From: Tubulanus polymorphus
Lineage: Eukaryota; Animalia; Nemertea
Assembly (NCBI RefSeq): GCF_964204645.1
Contig: NC_134035.1
Location: 12,866,451 to 12,930,450 of the forward strand
Direction: 5' to 3'
Length of the DNA stretch: 64,000 nt
Positions 12,601 to 25,828 of the stretch are shown one piece after another. The first letter of the stretch is position 1, and the number at the start of each line of letters is the position of its first letter. The notes under the pieces were generated by a model. The model was not told the DNA's origin, did not search any database, and saw only the letters and a program-made list of their open reading frames with translations. The translations under genes and the position numbers were made by a program.

Positions 12601-15600
12601 TTCTCTATTTCCATTCTCTCAGTCCATTCTTTCATCACTCATTGTAATCACACATGATCTCATCCCTTCCTTTCTCCTCTCTAGATATCTCCACTCTCTT
12701 TCCCTTCTGCATTCCAGTTCTTCTTTCCCTTCAGTTCTCTATTTCCATTCTCTCAGTCCATTCTTTCATCACTCATTGTAATCACACATGATCTCATCCC
12801 TTCCTTTCTCCTCTCTAGATATCTCCACTCTCTTTCCCTTCTGCCTTCCAGTTCTTCTTTCCCTTCAGTTCTCTATTTCCATTCTCTCAGTCCATTCTTT
12901 CATCACTCATTGTAATCACACATGATCTCATCCCTTCCTTTCTCCCCTCTCGATATCTCCACTTTCCCTTCTGCATTCCAGTTCTTCTTTCCCTTCAGTT
13001 CTCTATTTCCATTCTCTCAGTCCATTCTTTCATCACTCATTGTAATCACACATGATCTCATCCCTTCCTTTCTCCCCTCTCGATATCTCCACTTTCCCTT
13101 CTGCATTCCAGTTCTTCTTTCCCTTCAGTTCACACTTTCCGTTCTCTCCGCTCTTCCTCTGACTTGTCTCTTCTCTCAGTCCATTCTTTCATCACTCGAT
13201 GTAATCACACGTGAATTCTAGTGAAGTTTGTTTGTGTGTATTTCAGGCAGACGTCGAAGTGTCTCGAAGAAACCTGTGATTAAAACACACGCGTGTAAAC
13301 GATTCCTAATCAGTGGATTACCGCGAGTTCTACGTCTTCATCTTAAACGATTCAGGTACCGAAACCCTACGTGGTGTATCTCATTGAATTAACAGTGCTG
13401 GTTGTAATCTAGTCGATGTTATAGAGCATTGAACCAGAGGGTCAGTTACAAAGTCATGGCTCACATCACTCTCATACTATCTTAGTCCTATAGCCAATCT
13501 AACAATGCAAAACCAGTCTAAAGATTTCATAAGACTACTTTTGGACTAAAGTCATGTCTGTCCAGCTGGACCCAGTTCTCTACTTACTTGGCCCCCAACG
13601 TGAAATGATTTACACATCTCTCTTTGAAGATCAGACAGTTAACCTCGTGATCTCAGACATTGTCAACATTGAAACTTGTGACATTTGGTTTTCTGACTTC
13701 GTAACGTACTTTCCGATCCTTAATTTTTGCTTAATTTGGAACACATATGCCAGTCCCAGTTTGCCCGAGTTAAGGAAGGTATTTAACTGGGTCCAGTTCC
13801 ACAGTTTGGAGTTAAGATTTGACCCTGAGTTAACTCATTGAAAATGAACTAATTTCAACCCTGAGTTAACTCTAACTCACAACTGTGGAACTGGGTCCTG
13901 TAGATTTGATAAGGGTTTAAGAGTCATTTAGTTAAGTATTTTAGACACAAACTGAAACTGTTAACAGTTATATCATGTGTTGCAGTCCACCAGAAAAACC
14001 ACCAAACCACAAACGAACAAATTCTTCAGGAAACTTTCAAACGGATTTATTCTATTCTTAACATAATCATTTGCTGTAACAAAAATATATAAACACACGT
14101 TTTAGCCAATAGTCTAATTATATTAATTATCAACAATTAATTTCTCAGCTATAAAGTTACATAGACTCACAATTCAAACTTACAATTTTGTTTCCCTTCA
14201 AACCAGTCACTCGAAGGATATATAAGAACTGCCCAGAAAATGCTACCTGGTATATGTTGAACCTTTATACTGCTAGGATTGCAGACTGAATTTTATGCCC
14301 TACGAGCGTGACATAATAACTAGACATTACAGAAACAGTATACCAGTACAAATCCCTGAACACAATTCAGTCAATTGTCAACATCATGATATGCGTGGTT
14401 ATTGAATGTTTTTGATTGTATTTGTAGATGGGTCGGGCGTAATCACCGGGAGAAGATCAACGTACACGTTCGATTCGAACACGAGTTGAATATGAAACCG
14501 TTTTGTATAGACAGTATCGATAGTCCGGTTTTATATAATCTATCATCAGTCGTTATTCATCATGGACGAGGATTCAGCTCCGGTCATTACACTGCTTACT
14601 GCTGGAATAATGAAGCCGGTGAGTTGTGTCTGTCGGTTTTTGTTTGGGATTCTCCGGTAATAAGAGAAACTGAATATTTTATCCATCCAGGGTGGTGCCA
14701 CTGACCTGAAAACCTGGAAAACTCTGCCGGACGGATCTGACGGGAGGGTGCATGGGGTGCGCATCCCCCCTCCAAAAGTTCCCCTATAATTTCACAGGAA
14801 AATGAAAGATATTAAACTGATTCCATAAATAAGTTTAAATTCATATGCTTGTCCTCTGTATAACCAGCGGAAAGATACTTGTCACTATGTCAACTATCCA
14901 ATGGTTAACTCGAATTAACTTTTCAGAAACTGACACCAGAATTCCAGTCACTGAGAAACGATTCGTTGGTTTGAATATTTTTGGTATTTTTTTTTTGTAG
15001 ATTCGTGGATTCACTGTAACGATAATCGTTTGGGTTTGTGCGATATAAAAGAGGTGACGAAGAGTCAAGCGTACATTCTCGTTTACACTCGTAAAGATCT
15101 GAGCGACCGGGTGAACGCGGCGGCGCGCATCCGCGAAACCAGTCCGTCGAATCCGGTATCGAGTCCGTTACGCGACGACGAGTCTCCGACGAAAGTTAAA
15201 ACGCTTCTGAACGATTTCGGCGATGAATTGTCGCGCGGTTCGATGGAAGATTTAACGGTCGATCCGTCGGCGAAAAAATCACCGAGTCGCGACGAAAAAC
15301 TAGAAACAAGCGAAAAAACGACTTTTTCCTCTTCATCGATGGACGACGAGGACGTAAATGATTTAAATACGTCGGAAACACGATGCGAGGATTCGCCGCT
15401 AATCGTAGCGCCACCTGTCTCTACGAACGTGAACTACGAGTCGCCGCTGGTGAGATCGTCGACCGGCGGGTATCTAGAAACTCTGATCGAAGAAAATGAG
15501 GATGATTTGTTGGAATGCGTTCTGGATAGTTCCGCGGCGTCGGAATTATTACCGCTGCCGATTTCATCTTTGTCATCGTCGTTTCATCGCGGTGAAAATA

Positions 15601-15740
15601 CGAAGGACCGAATAATGTCATTGTTGCCGTTGGCGACGGTGACGCCGATTGTTAAGTCGTACAGTGGTAAACGTTACGCCGAAGCGGAAGACATGCCGTT
15701 CGTTCGACCGAGAAAACGACGACGAACGACGACTTGGTGA
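6612..15740 (+). CDS. USP44/USP49: Ubiquitin carboxyl-terminal hydrolase, USP44/USP49 family (ZnF-UBP plus USP domain)
   Basis: Exons 6612-6719, 6987-7105, 7673-7837, 8318-8441, 8886-9055, 9864-10002, 10330-10445, 10735-10884, 11082-11208, 11531-11663, 11756-11830, 13247-13355, 14428-14618, 15001-15740. ZnF-UBP MDNCKHV...[36 protein letters not shown]; Cys box [18 protein letters not shown]; QQDAQEFL; LRLHLKRF; His box [20 protein letters not shown]; WIHCND. Confidence 0.95.
7200..7330. mobile_element. Short palindromic MITE (Harbinger-like ends)
   Basis: TIR gggccgagtttcac ... gtgaaactgggccc; a near-identical copy lies at ~45943-46075. Confidence 0.75.
7517..7650. repeat. 32-bp minisatellite, about 4 copies
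   Basis: Unit gttgattctgtttgatgaagctggagctaaat. Confidence 0.9.
10460..10715. repeat. 30-bp minisatellite, about 8 copies, intronic
   Basis: Unit cagtcactgattggtccactggttcccaaa; it produces the spurious ORF 10433-10696. Confidence 0.9.
11860..13210. repeat. Pyrimidine-rich ~134-bp minisatellite with ~500-bp higher-order duplication
   Basis: Recurring ctctcagtccattctttcatcactcattgtaatcacacatgat...; a shortened variant unit recurs at ~11940 and ~12440. Confidence 0.9.
13437..13573. mobile_element. Short MITE (family also at ~58685-58823 and ~60545-60672)
   Basis: Ends ggggtcagttacaaagtcatgg ... ccagctggaccc, with internal similarity to the two downstream copies. Confidence 0.65.
13789..13899. 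mobile_element. Short palindromic MITE (second copy at ~55162-55273)
   Basis: TIR ggtccagttccacagtt ... aactgtggaactgggtcc with internal gagttaactc palindromes. Confidence 0.8.
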
Positions 15741-18707
15741 ATAACAGCTGCAGCGCCACCTAGGTCTTTCTTCTACTATAACACAGGGTCCCTACATGAC
15801 TCGTCAATTCCTTAAGAACACTTTCTAAACGCAAAATGCTTGGAAAGGTGCTTGAAACTCATTGATTGACCAATCTGTAGGAAGGCTCTAGTTCTGCTGT
15901 TTTTCGATGAAACTTGACTTTGTGTCAAAATATTGGCAATGAACCAATTTTAACGGATTCTGCAGCCCTTCGAATTGGTTTTTTTTTGGTCATTGGTTTT
16001 TGTGCGATCAAATGCCAGGCGTTTGTAGTTCATATCTGGTGTGCTGAACACGCGCGAAGTGCGGACGATCAAAAATTGGAGAAATAGTGATAAAGTATCG
16101 ATTGTCTAATGAGTCCACTGCGTGGATTGATTGACCTGTATTTAACCAGCTTTGGGGTCTCAGTTTTGGAGACTTTTTTTCTCAAAGACCAAAGTTGTTA
16201 ACAAGGAACCGAGTTTATAACTGTGTGTTGTTGACATGCCTTACTTTAAACAGGTCAATGATTATCATAACTTTTTTATACAATATTTGTAAAGGGCCGG
16301 TAATGTCTGAGTCGATGAAAGTTACTGATTGATAATTCGCGTCGAAAATTTGATGTTTTTTTTTTTATCTCGAGATTTGAATAGAATACGAATATTGTAC
16401 AGAATGAAAATGTTACGCAGATAAAATAAAAGGTGCTCATAAAAACGTTAGATTTAGAATGATAGGTAGACTGTATCGCTCTCTCGTAATGCACGCTAAC
16501 AGTTGAATCACGTATTTTACAATGATTCGACAGATAAGAATATTCAGACACGTCAGTATTAATGAAAATTGAATCGGATTCAAAAGTTATTGAATGTAGA
16601 AACTAATAATTCAACTCGAGTTTGATTATGCTGTAGTTTGCCGTAGCGTTAGTTCAAGGATTTTATTCAGTACGCGATTTTTAATAGTCTCCTAAAGTTG
16701 AAGAATGTCGTTCATTCAGTTGTTGTATGTATAATTGTGTCGGTGTGTAAATATGTGTGATTGTGTATGGACAGAGATTGCTATAAACACGATGCAGGGC
16801 TCGGTCGTTCAAAAACATTCATTACAGTTAAACATCGAGATCCGGTAACTAAAGTCAAACTTAGCGAAAGGAGAACTAGCTAATGTCTATTTCAACTTGA
16901 CTTGAGAGCACATCGGTGGCTGGGACTGGGTTCTATTTTCACTGCCAGATATCCTCTCGTGCGTTATTGAGTATATAATCTGAATCGAGCTCCTTGATCC
17001 GCTTAAAAACGTATTGTTGTTGATAGCTGTAATTATTTTGTCGATAAAGTGAATAAGATTTTGTTTGTTTTGCTGTATTAATTTTACGTGGATTGATTGT
17101 AACCCCACACATCACACTGTAATATAGGTAGGTATCATGTATGTACGTATGTGTGTAGATGACTGTAATTAAATTTTATATATTTCATGTAAAATGATAG
17201 ATTTCGTTTTTCATTTATTTTTCATGCTGATTAGGCTGGAATTCTCTGACGCATCTAGTCGATCGGTTACTTTTTTTCCTTTCGTGATATATTTTTTGCA
17301 GGAAAATAATTAATATCCGTCGCCCTCTCCCCCCAAAAAAAAATACTTATACCCGGTACCCCGATTTATGTCAATTTATGAACTCATTAAAAGAAATTTG
17401 TGGTTTGCATGAATAGAACAGCGATCAGTGATTGGCTGACACACCCTGCGCAATTTAAAATGACTTGATATATTATGGCTGCTGACTAGCTATATCTCCC
17501 TATAGCTGTCATCACAAAGCAATTCTGTAGTTTTAATAGCAATAAAAAGCGATAAAGATCTTAATGGATCCCCGAAAAGTGGATGTATGAGGATCGTAGC
17601 TATATCGGCATGTTGCAGTAATCAGCCTGATTGATTTTTCCAAGGTTATTCTGACACTCAAGATGGACCTCTAGGCTTGTATGCACGCCTAAATTATTCA
17701 ATGTTCGTTAACCTGATAGATATGATGATCATAAATCTATTATTGGAAACTTCAAACAACCGTGCAATTTTATGACAGCAAGGTCGACCCCTATATGAAG
17801 GGAACTGTGTAGAAGCCCGATACAATAAACTTTCAACCGTGTACTGCTGCCCCTATCGATATCGTTGACGGCGAATATGTGAACTAGTCAAGATAGCGAG
17901 TATTCTTACTCTGGCATGCGGATTGAATTTGATATTGTTAGAGGGCAGCACTTGGCGGTTACGATCTGACACACATTGATATTCTTACCGTGGCATGCGA
18001 ATAATAAAGAGAAATTTTTGAATAGAATATACAACTTGATTTTCTACCAAATATATAGTTCTATCAATTCTGGAGTTTTACTATAGTTTACTAAAAAAGA
18101 ATATGCTACCAAAAAGAGTTTTGAGCCACGAGTTTTGAGCGTTTAGCGGTAAAGCGGTAGCGTAGAGATAACTCACGTGCCACAGGAAGAATCGCGGTCC
18201 GGTCGTTATTCCGTTTATGAGTCGTCCGGCGCGAAGCTGATCGCGCAGATTCCTCCTCGCTCATCACCTACATGAAACTATCACTTTATTCGGATCTACC
18301 AGATTCAGGTTACTCATTTCCGGTTCTCCCGTACGTGTCTCTTAAATGAATAAAAAATTTTGATTGAGTTGACGTCAAGTACAGCGAACACCTGCACAGT
18401 GCAAGACGAGTGAGCTCCGTTACAACGATATGAGCACGAGAGAAATATATTTCCGAGAAATATCAAAAAACAAAAACATTCTGAATGCAAATCTATAATA
18501 AATGACACAAAAGATTTTCTAACTGCTTAGAGTTAAAACTGATTACTAATTTAATCAATGAACACCTACAGAATACGGATTTGAATTTGTAGTTTCACAC
18601 AGCTATGGAACAGGCTGTAGCCAATAGAATGCAAAGATAAAAGTTCGAATTCATAAACGATTGTTAATTTCTAAAACTAATTTCATCGCGTTAATTGTAA
18701 GTAATAG

Positions 18708-19054
18708 CTAGAAACCCGTGATCTTTCCAGTAAAACCGGTTCCACTTCCACCGCCATCAATAAATCCAGCATGCTCTACACCTTCTGCGGCAGCACTGTC
18801 AATATCACCGATCAGCTCTGTTGGTTGAGTTCCTGGATTATACCCAAACTTCTCCATCATAAACCTGTCTAATTTCGATCCTAATAACCTCAAAATTTCA
18901 TTCGCTGTTCTTTTCACTGTCCGTTTCAAAGACAAGATCTTCTGCGCGTTCCATTCGGCCACGTCTTTCACTTCTCGCAAAATTCTCAATTCTTTCTCCT
19001 GATCGGTTTCGTTAACGATATGTCGTTCAGCGTCGATGAATTTCCGCAAACCCA

Positions 19055-19088
<34 letters not shown>

Positions 19089-19223
19089 GGGTATCTCCCC
19101 CTCCTGACTCCACAAGCCAGCGCGGCTGGAGGCCCGATTCCTTTTACCCGGAACCGGCCCCGAACCTACGGTCGTCAATCCGCTGTTCATAAGAATCACG
19201 AGGAAAACAACTAATACAAACAT
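18708..19223 (-). CDS. Orphan secreted proline-rich protein (171 aa), possible peptide precursor
   Basis: The ATG at 19223 directly follows a splice acceptor (ttttttccccag|ATG). Hydrophobic N-terminus MFVLVVFLVILMNSGLTTVGS, then GKR, poly-Pro, a charged helical segment and a Gly-rich C-terminus; uninterrupted to the stop at 18708. Confidence 0.7.
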
Positions 19224-21372
19224 CTGGGGAAAAAACAACAAAACTCTCGTCACATTTGAAACTGACTTGAAACTGTATTTCATAATCGGAAAAATGGCTT
19301 TCCATGCACCACACCCTCCTTCCTTTCTCAATCAGAGCCCCTGTTGTTGTAAAGTTTCTGATCCCACATACATAAACATCTATTTCAGGTGTTTTTTGAA
19401 GAATGAGCGTATAAGTGATGGATGTGGAGTCATTTGACACCCTCACCTCGCGGACTCTGAGAGGATGGATTCAGTATTATCGCCCGATGCCAACACCCCT
19501 CCTTGACTGAGCTTGATTGGAGCTACAAACTTTTGCTCAAATTCCTCACCCGTCGGGCAAGAATTTCTCTTTCAATAACCTCTCACCTTTGAACTGGGAT
19601 ACGTGTCCAGTGGTCGCTTGACGTCTGAATGAGCAAACACAGAAATTAGTTCTTTCACTGCCGTACCAGTTGAACATTAATTTGTATCAATAATGAGAAA
19701 CAAATACTAGACCTCGCAATTTATATTTATTGTTCTTGACTTCATTCGTGTCAAAAACATCAATAGTTGATTGGCAGATAATCAAAGGAAATATTAATTG
19801 AAAACTCGAGTTTTGGGTCAAATATTGGATTTCGCTGTTATTGCACGTATAGCCTCTTTAATGACAGACGAAAAAAAAACGATATGAAAATCTCGTCGAT
19901 TCAGAAATAGGGATTTTCCTTAATATCATTCTAACGCCGCCCGTCAGATTGTAATTTCTGGTCTGCGGTACAGTCCACAATGCACGAAGCCAGCTTTGAC
20001 AATCGAGGCTGCTGCGGGGAACATGCGTCGTGTGAGGAACCATCCTCGCTTGCCAGGGGTCCGGTATCGCTCCCGAACTCGCTTCCACCAGCGGCAACAA
20101 CTATAAACTGGACTGTAGCGCTTGAATAGATTTATCTTTTCTGAAAGTTTCAGACACTTTGACCGTTTTGTATTTTATTTATGAATTTATTTAATTTTTT
20201 AAACAATATTTTTGATATTTTGGGGTTTTGGGGTCAATTAGACCCCCAAGGAGCCCTTGCACCGGGCAACAACTATATACTGGGCTGTAGCTCTTGTTTA
20301 GGTCTATCTTCTCTGTAAGTTTCAGAGACTTTGACCGTTTTGTATTTTACTTATGAATTTATTTATTTTTTTAACGATATTTGTGTTATTTTGGGGTTTT
20401 GGGGTCAATTAGACCCCCTAGGAGCACTGGGCGAAAATTATAAACACCGGGCTGTAGCTCTTGCATAGCTCTATCTTCGATGGAAATTTCGGGAAGATTG
20501 GCCCTATTTTAGAATGGTCTCCATAGAGACCGGGAACCAGTCTACGTTGGTCGTCATTAGTTCCAAGACGAGTTTGTCGATGACGTCATACATAAATAAT
20601 AACATAACCACATGCGTCCATGATGAGGGGAACAAATTCAAATACAAAGACTTTATTTAACCAATTCTGTGCGCCGATTTACATAATCATAAAAAAATTG
20701 CCGCATTCTTTACCTCCGTTATCATCTTTTGATGATTCTTTGTTCAACATTATTCAACAAGGAATATCGACTAAATTAATTATTTTGGTATGTAAATAAA
20801 CAAATGAATTATTTACTTACGAAGAAAATGTTTATTTTCTTGCAAGACTTACAATGATAAATACAACTAGTAGGCTATGTAATCTAATTATGGAGCCTAT
20901 CTCCTGGGATCCAGCCATCAAATTGAAGGATGAAAAAAGACATGTTTTTAGATACCAGTTTAACGCAGTTGAACTCCTTAAAATAGATCAGTTCTTCAAT
21001 TCGTCTTCAATTTAGTATGATACGTGAAACTCTAGCTTCAAATCTGCTTAAGAAAATTCAAGAGCCTGTCCTATTACAGTATCATGAACCAACTGATAAC
21101 TTATCATTAGAGATTTATGAAAAACAAAACACGAAACAAAACATTTTTTATTTTTCTTCGTGAAGCCTTATTACATAGAGTTCGATTCAGCTCTTTTGCA
21201 ATACAGGGAAGAATGGATTAAAAAACGATGTTTTTGTTCAACTGCCTGTAATTTCTGGTCCTAATAAGACTTTTATCAGGTATGTTCCACCAAAACTGAC
21301 TTAGCTAGGCCACCGTCTGATCAAATTCCCGCCGATTATTTAGATATCAATCCGGCTGTGATGATAAGAGTC

Positions 21373-21678
21373 CAGCGGCGGATCCAGGATTTCATGGAGG
21401 AGGTGCACAAATCCAAACAAGGAGTCCTCCCCCAGAAAATTTTTCAAAATTAGACGCGCGGAGACGCGTTCTGGGCACAATCAGAGTATGAAACGACGAA
21501 CGACGTTGGACTGCCGTAAAAACGCGCTGGTAAACGAAGACATAAGTTTACGCATTTTCAGGGATTTTTCACATGCTTGTCTTCGTTCTAACGAAAAGGT
21601 CAGTCCATAAATAATATAAATAATTGAGGAGGACTTTACGGGGGTGCTCGTGAACCCCCCCCCCCGGATCCGCCGCTG
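21373..21678. mobile_element. hAT-like MITE with 5-bp target-site duplication
   Basis: TIR cagcggcggatcc ... ggatccgccgctg, flanked by gagtc at 21368-21372 and 21679-21683. Confidence 0.85.
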
Positions 21679-22683
21679 GAGTCGGCCCTCTGAATCAATG
21701 CCATGGGTTCGAACCCGCCACTCCACTACGTTTGTAGATTTTATTCCATATTCCGATAAATGGCGCTTGTGAAATGTGGTACATTACAAATATTTACAAC
21801 GGTTAATTCTAGCTATTTGACAGTTTATCGAAATTCCAATAGGTGGCGATAATAGTTATATGTATAATTGTATCGTACAGTCCTATTTAACTTCATTTCA
21901 ACATTAGGATCATTCCCAGTATAAGTGGTATCTACGTTCGAACCCAGAACACCTTTACATGTCCTTTTTGTCTGCATCAGGACCACTCTGAATAATTACT
22001 GGGACACACCAGCTCATCGTCTACTTCAGCATCAGGCCCTATCAGAAACAGCTCGAGCAACTATCGATGGAGTTCGTACCTGACACAGTTATTTTTCAGT
22101 GTAGAACAAACTGTATTTAAGGAAACAATTGCGAAAAGACAAATTAATTATTCCATTAATGGCAGGGAATCAGTGTCCAAAATGCAGGTTGATAGCTGCA
22201 TAAATAGTCAAATAAATGAAAGTCTCAGACCTTATTCAAATATTCTATTTTCTAAAACTGATCAGTCCCCCACCTGACTCCAGTGGGTGTGATTTAGTTT
22301 GTTATGGAGCTACAACCGGCCGCTCAGCTTTTACGGCAAATAAACTCAAGATATAAAAAAAGAGTAATCAGACAAGATCGGTCTGATTACTCAAAGCCAA
22401 GAGAAAGGTGTCGATCTGTTGCCTGGACCCCAGACATTCTATCTGAAAGGGGGTGGGAGGAGGGTTCAAGCTGTCTTTGAAGAGCGAGTACTTCAGATTA
22501 TGTAGAAGGTCTAAAATCTAAACGAGTGTCTGAAGGGTATGGGTAAGTACTGGAGTATCCTCAGCAGATAGGGTAGTGCCAAGCTGCGGCAGATTGATAC
22601 ATGCATAATTTATGAGTAATCAGACTGAAAACTTTAATAAAAGAAAGTCCCTACATCAGTGAGAATGGTTTGAAGTCCTCATT

Positions 22684-25450
22684 TTACAGTGGATCCTTAT
22701 AGTTAAATACAAATCTTATGGTTGAAAGTGAAATTGTCGTATTATCAAAATATGGATCGATGTAAATTAGCCGGGACATGCCGAAAATCTGATCGTAATG
22801 AACGGTTTCCGTCCTAAACACAATCGTATTAATGGGGTTCAACTGTCGTCTCGTTTCATTTAATTCACTTCCAGAGAAAAAAGAACCCATGTACCATAGA
22901 CTTGACTAACTCGAATCAATAAAGACAAGGTGATAATTGTCACCTGCAGATAAAAGAATTTCAATGCAATAGTTCAATGTCTTTATGTCCAAGTTGATGT
23001 AAGCTTGGAAAATCATTACTCCAAGATAAAAGTGACTGGACTTGAAATGATTCTAGTTAAGAGAGTCCACCGTACATTATATAAAGAAATAATAACACAT
23101 ATAATTTGTAGAGAACAACTGACCACTAATGATACTGATGTTAAAACAACTAGTGGTTAGTAGTTCAAATGGTATTCATAAACAATAGTTCAACAGATAA
23201 TCAAACACCATAAAATCAATGTATTCATCAATATAATAATCAAACAAGTCAAGAGCAAACTGTGTATCTTGAGTTAAGAGTTTAACATCGTCAGAATGAG
23301 ATGCAACACAAAAACAATCATTTTAAAGAAATAAATGTATTTACAAAAACAAACGCAAAGTCACAAGTACATAATCTCCACATATACAGTGCATTCATTC
23401 ATCACTGTAACAAAACTCTAAACCAAAGTTTGACATCGTCAATTATCATTTACAAAATAATTTAACCAGCACAACAAAAACAAGAGAAGCCCTTTGAAAT
23501 GTATGCATATAAAACGCTAAGTCGCAGCACATCAGTAATTAATAACCCACAATCAGATTTAACAACAAACCAGCCAATCAAACCATCAGTTCATATTTAT
23601 TTTCCAATAGATGTACAATGTGTATTTACATTCAACCTATCCCTGAAGCCATCAGCCTCAGAGAAATTGTTTGGCATCTCTGGAACTAGGCTAACTCGCA
23701 GTAACAAACACTGAAAGTCCTGATTTGACGGAGACATTGGTCATCATCTCTGGAACTACGCTAACTCGCGGTAACAAACACTGAAAGTCCAAATTTGACG
23801 GAGAAATTGTTCGGCATTTCTGAAACTATGATAACTCGCGGTAACAAACACTGAAAGTCCCAATTTGGCGGAGAAATTGGTCGGCATCTCTGGAACTACG
23901 CTAACTAGCGGTAACAAACACTGAAAGTCCCAATTTGACGGAGAAATTGGTCAGCATCTACGGAACTGCGCTAACTCGAGGGTAACAATCACTGAAAGTC
24001 CCGAATTGATGGAGATATTGGTCGGCATCTCTGATCTGATCTTTTCCTGTAGTTTGATGTTCTACAGCCAACCACAAGCTCAATACTACAATGACAAAAC
24101 ACAAAATATGAATAATGACATCATTTTTAAGACTCTTCACCAAAGATAAATTTCAACTCTACCTGATTTATAGTCAATTCAGAGTCACGACATCGACCTG
24201 GAGAAATTTGCTCAACACTTCCAGAACTTTGATGTTTCCCTTTCCTCTAGTATGACATGTCTTTACCAACAACGACCACAACAAACAGACAGACCACTGG
24301 CTACAACAGAAATACATGAAATAAAAGTAACCAGCTTCATTGAGTCTGCTGTTCCTACAATGAAATTCATATCGGGTTTAATCATACCTGATTTATAGTC
24401 AATTCAGACTCATGACTTGGACCTTGAGAAATTTGCTGAATGCTTCGTGAACTCCGATGTGTTCCTTTCCTCTCTACCAACAACCAACAAACAGACAAAC
24501 CACTGGCTACAAAAGAAATACATAGAATAAAAGTAACCAGCTTCATTAAGTCTGCTGTTCCTACAATGAAATTCATATCAAGTTCAATTATACCTGATTT
24601 ATAGTCAATTCAGACTCATGACTTGGACCTTGAGAAAGTTGCTGAACGCTTTGTGAACTTTGATGTGTTCCTTTCCTCTCTACCAACAACCAACAAACAG
24701 ACAAACCACTGGCTACAACAGAAATACATAGAATAAAAGTAACCAGCTTCATTAAGTCTGCTGTTCCTACAATGAAATTCATATCAAGTTCAATTATACC
24801 TGATTATAGTCAATTCAGACTTAAGACTTAAAAAAGAAAGTGCTCAGAACTCCAGCAACTTTAAGTATCTTCTTGAACTTTCTGTTTGATGTGGAGATTC
24901 CTCAGAATACCTTCGATTTCTACAGACAAACACTGAAAGAAGAAATTGTTCAGCATCTCTGATCTGATCTTCCTGTCATCTGATATTGTACAGCCAACCA
25001 CAAGCTCAATACTATAATGTACACAAAAAATGAATAATTCTTAAAAAAAGAAATTTCAATTTTACCTGATTTATAGTCAATTCAGACTCATGGCACCTTA
25101 AATACTGCTCTGCACAACTGGAACAATGTTCCCATCAATCCTTTGGTAATTCGTACTTGACGACCAAATCAATACACACTACAATAAGATAACATGCATT
25201 TATTACATGTTATAACTAACTTACCGTCCTAGTTGAAACATTCTTATCTAATAAACAATTTATAGCAATATATATTTTACCTGATTTATAGTCTTGACTT
25301 AGCGAAATTTCTCAGAACCTCAGAAACTTTCGGTATCATCTTGAACTTTCTGTTTGAGGGGTGGAGATTTCCTACGATCTCTGCTGACAACAGACACCAA
25401 TTCAACGCTTCTCTTTCTGGGACTTTCTTCTTCCTCTTTTCTCTCATTTT
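22684..25450 (-). pseudogene. Decayed multi-exon gene remnant with tandemly duplicated exon-like cassettes
   Basis: Six segments end in gactataaatcag|gta (…TINQ plus donor) at ~24161, 24386, 24592, 24798, 25064 and 25279. A terminal exon-like segment 22943-22684 follows the acceptor ttttatctgcag and has one in-frame TAG. The upstream segment ~25440-25281 has two in-frame stops. Confidence 0.45.
23661..24035. repeat. 70-bp tandem repeat, about 5 copies
   Basis: Unit gagaaattgttcggcatctctggaactacgctaactcgcggtaacaaacactgaaagtcccaatttgacg starts at 23661, 23731, 23801, 23871 and 23941. Confidence 0.92.
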
Positions 25451-25704
25451 ACTCATTAATATTTAACTATGCAACACTTTTCATTTTTTCAACATAATAA
25501 AATGGACATTATGTTTTTCTTTACATCATCGTTGTTGGAGATTGTACAAGAAATGACACAAACATACCTTCTTTAATTTTAAACTCACAGCTGTTTGTAA
25601 ATTATTTCCACACACAAAGATGGCATGCTGCATGCTGATCAATTTGTTTACCATGCGCATGGACCCGCGGGTGTGCCAGTGCTGTTTTGTGCAATCGATG
25701 CGTC

Positions 25705-25828
25705 GGTGCAAGTGCAAAGTGGGACGTCAAGTGCAAAGTGGGACGTCAAGTGCAAATTTGGACGTCAAATGCAAAGTGGGACGTCAAGTGCAAAATGGGA
25801 AGTCAGGTGCAAATTGGGATGTAAATTG
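25705..25828. repeat. 19-bp tandem repeat, about 6 copies
   Basis: Unit gtgcaaagtgggacgtcaa, degenerating rightwards. Confidence 0.85.

Noticed and set aside
19020-19214. Poly-Arg ORF on the plus strand
   Set aside because: Antisense shadow of the poly-Pro (ccg)n tract.
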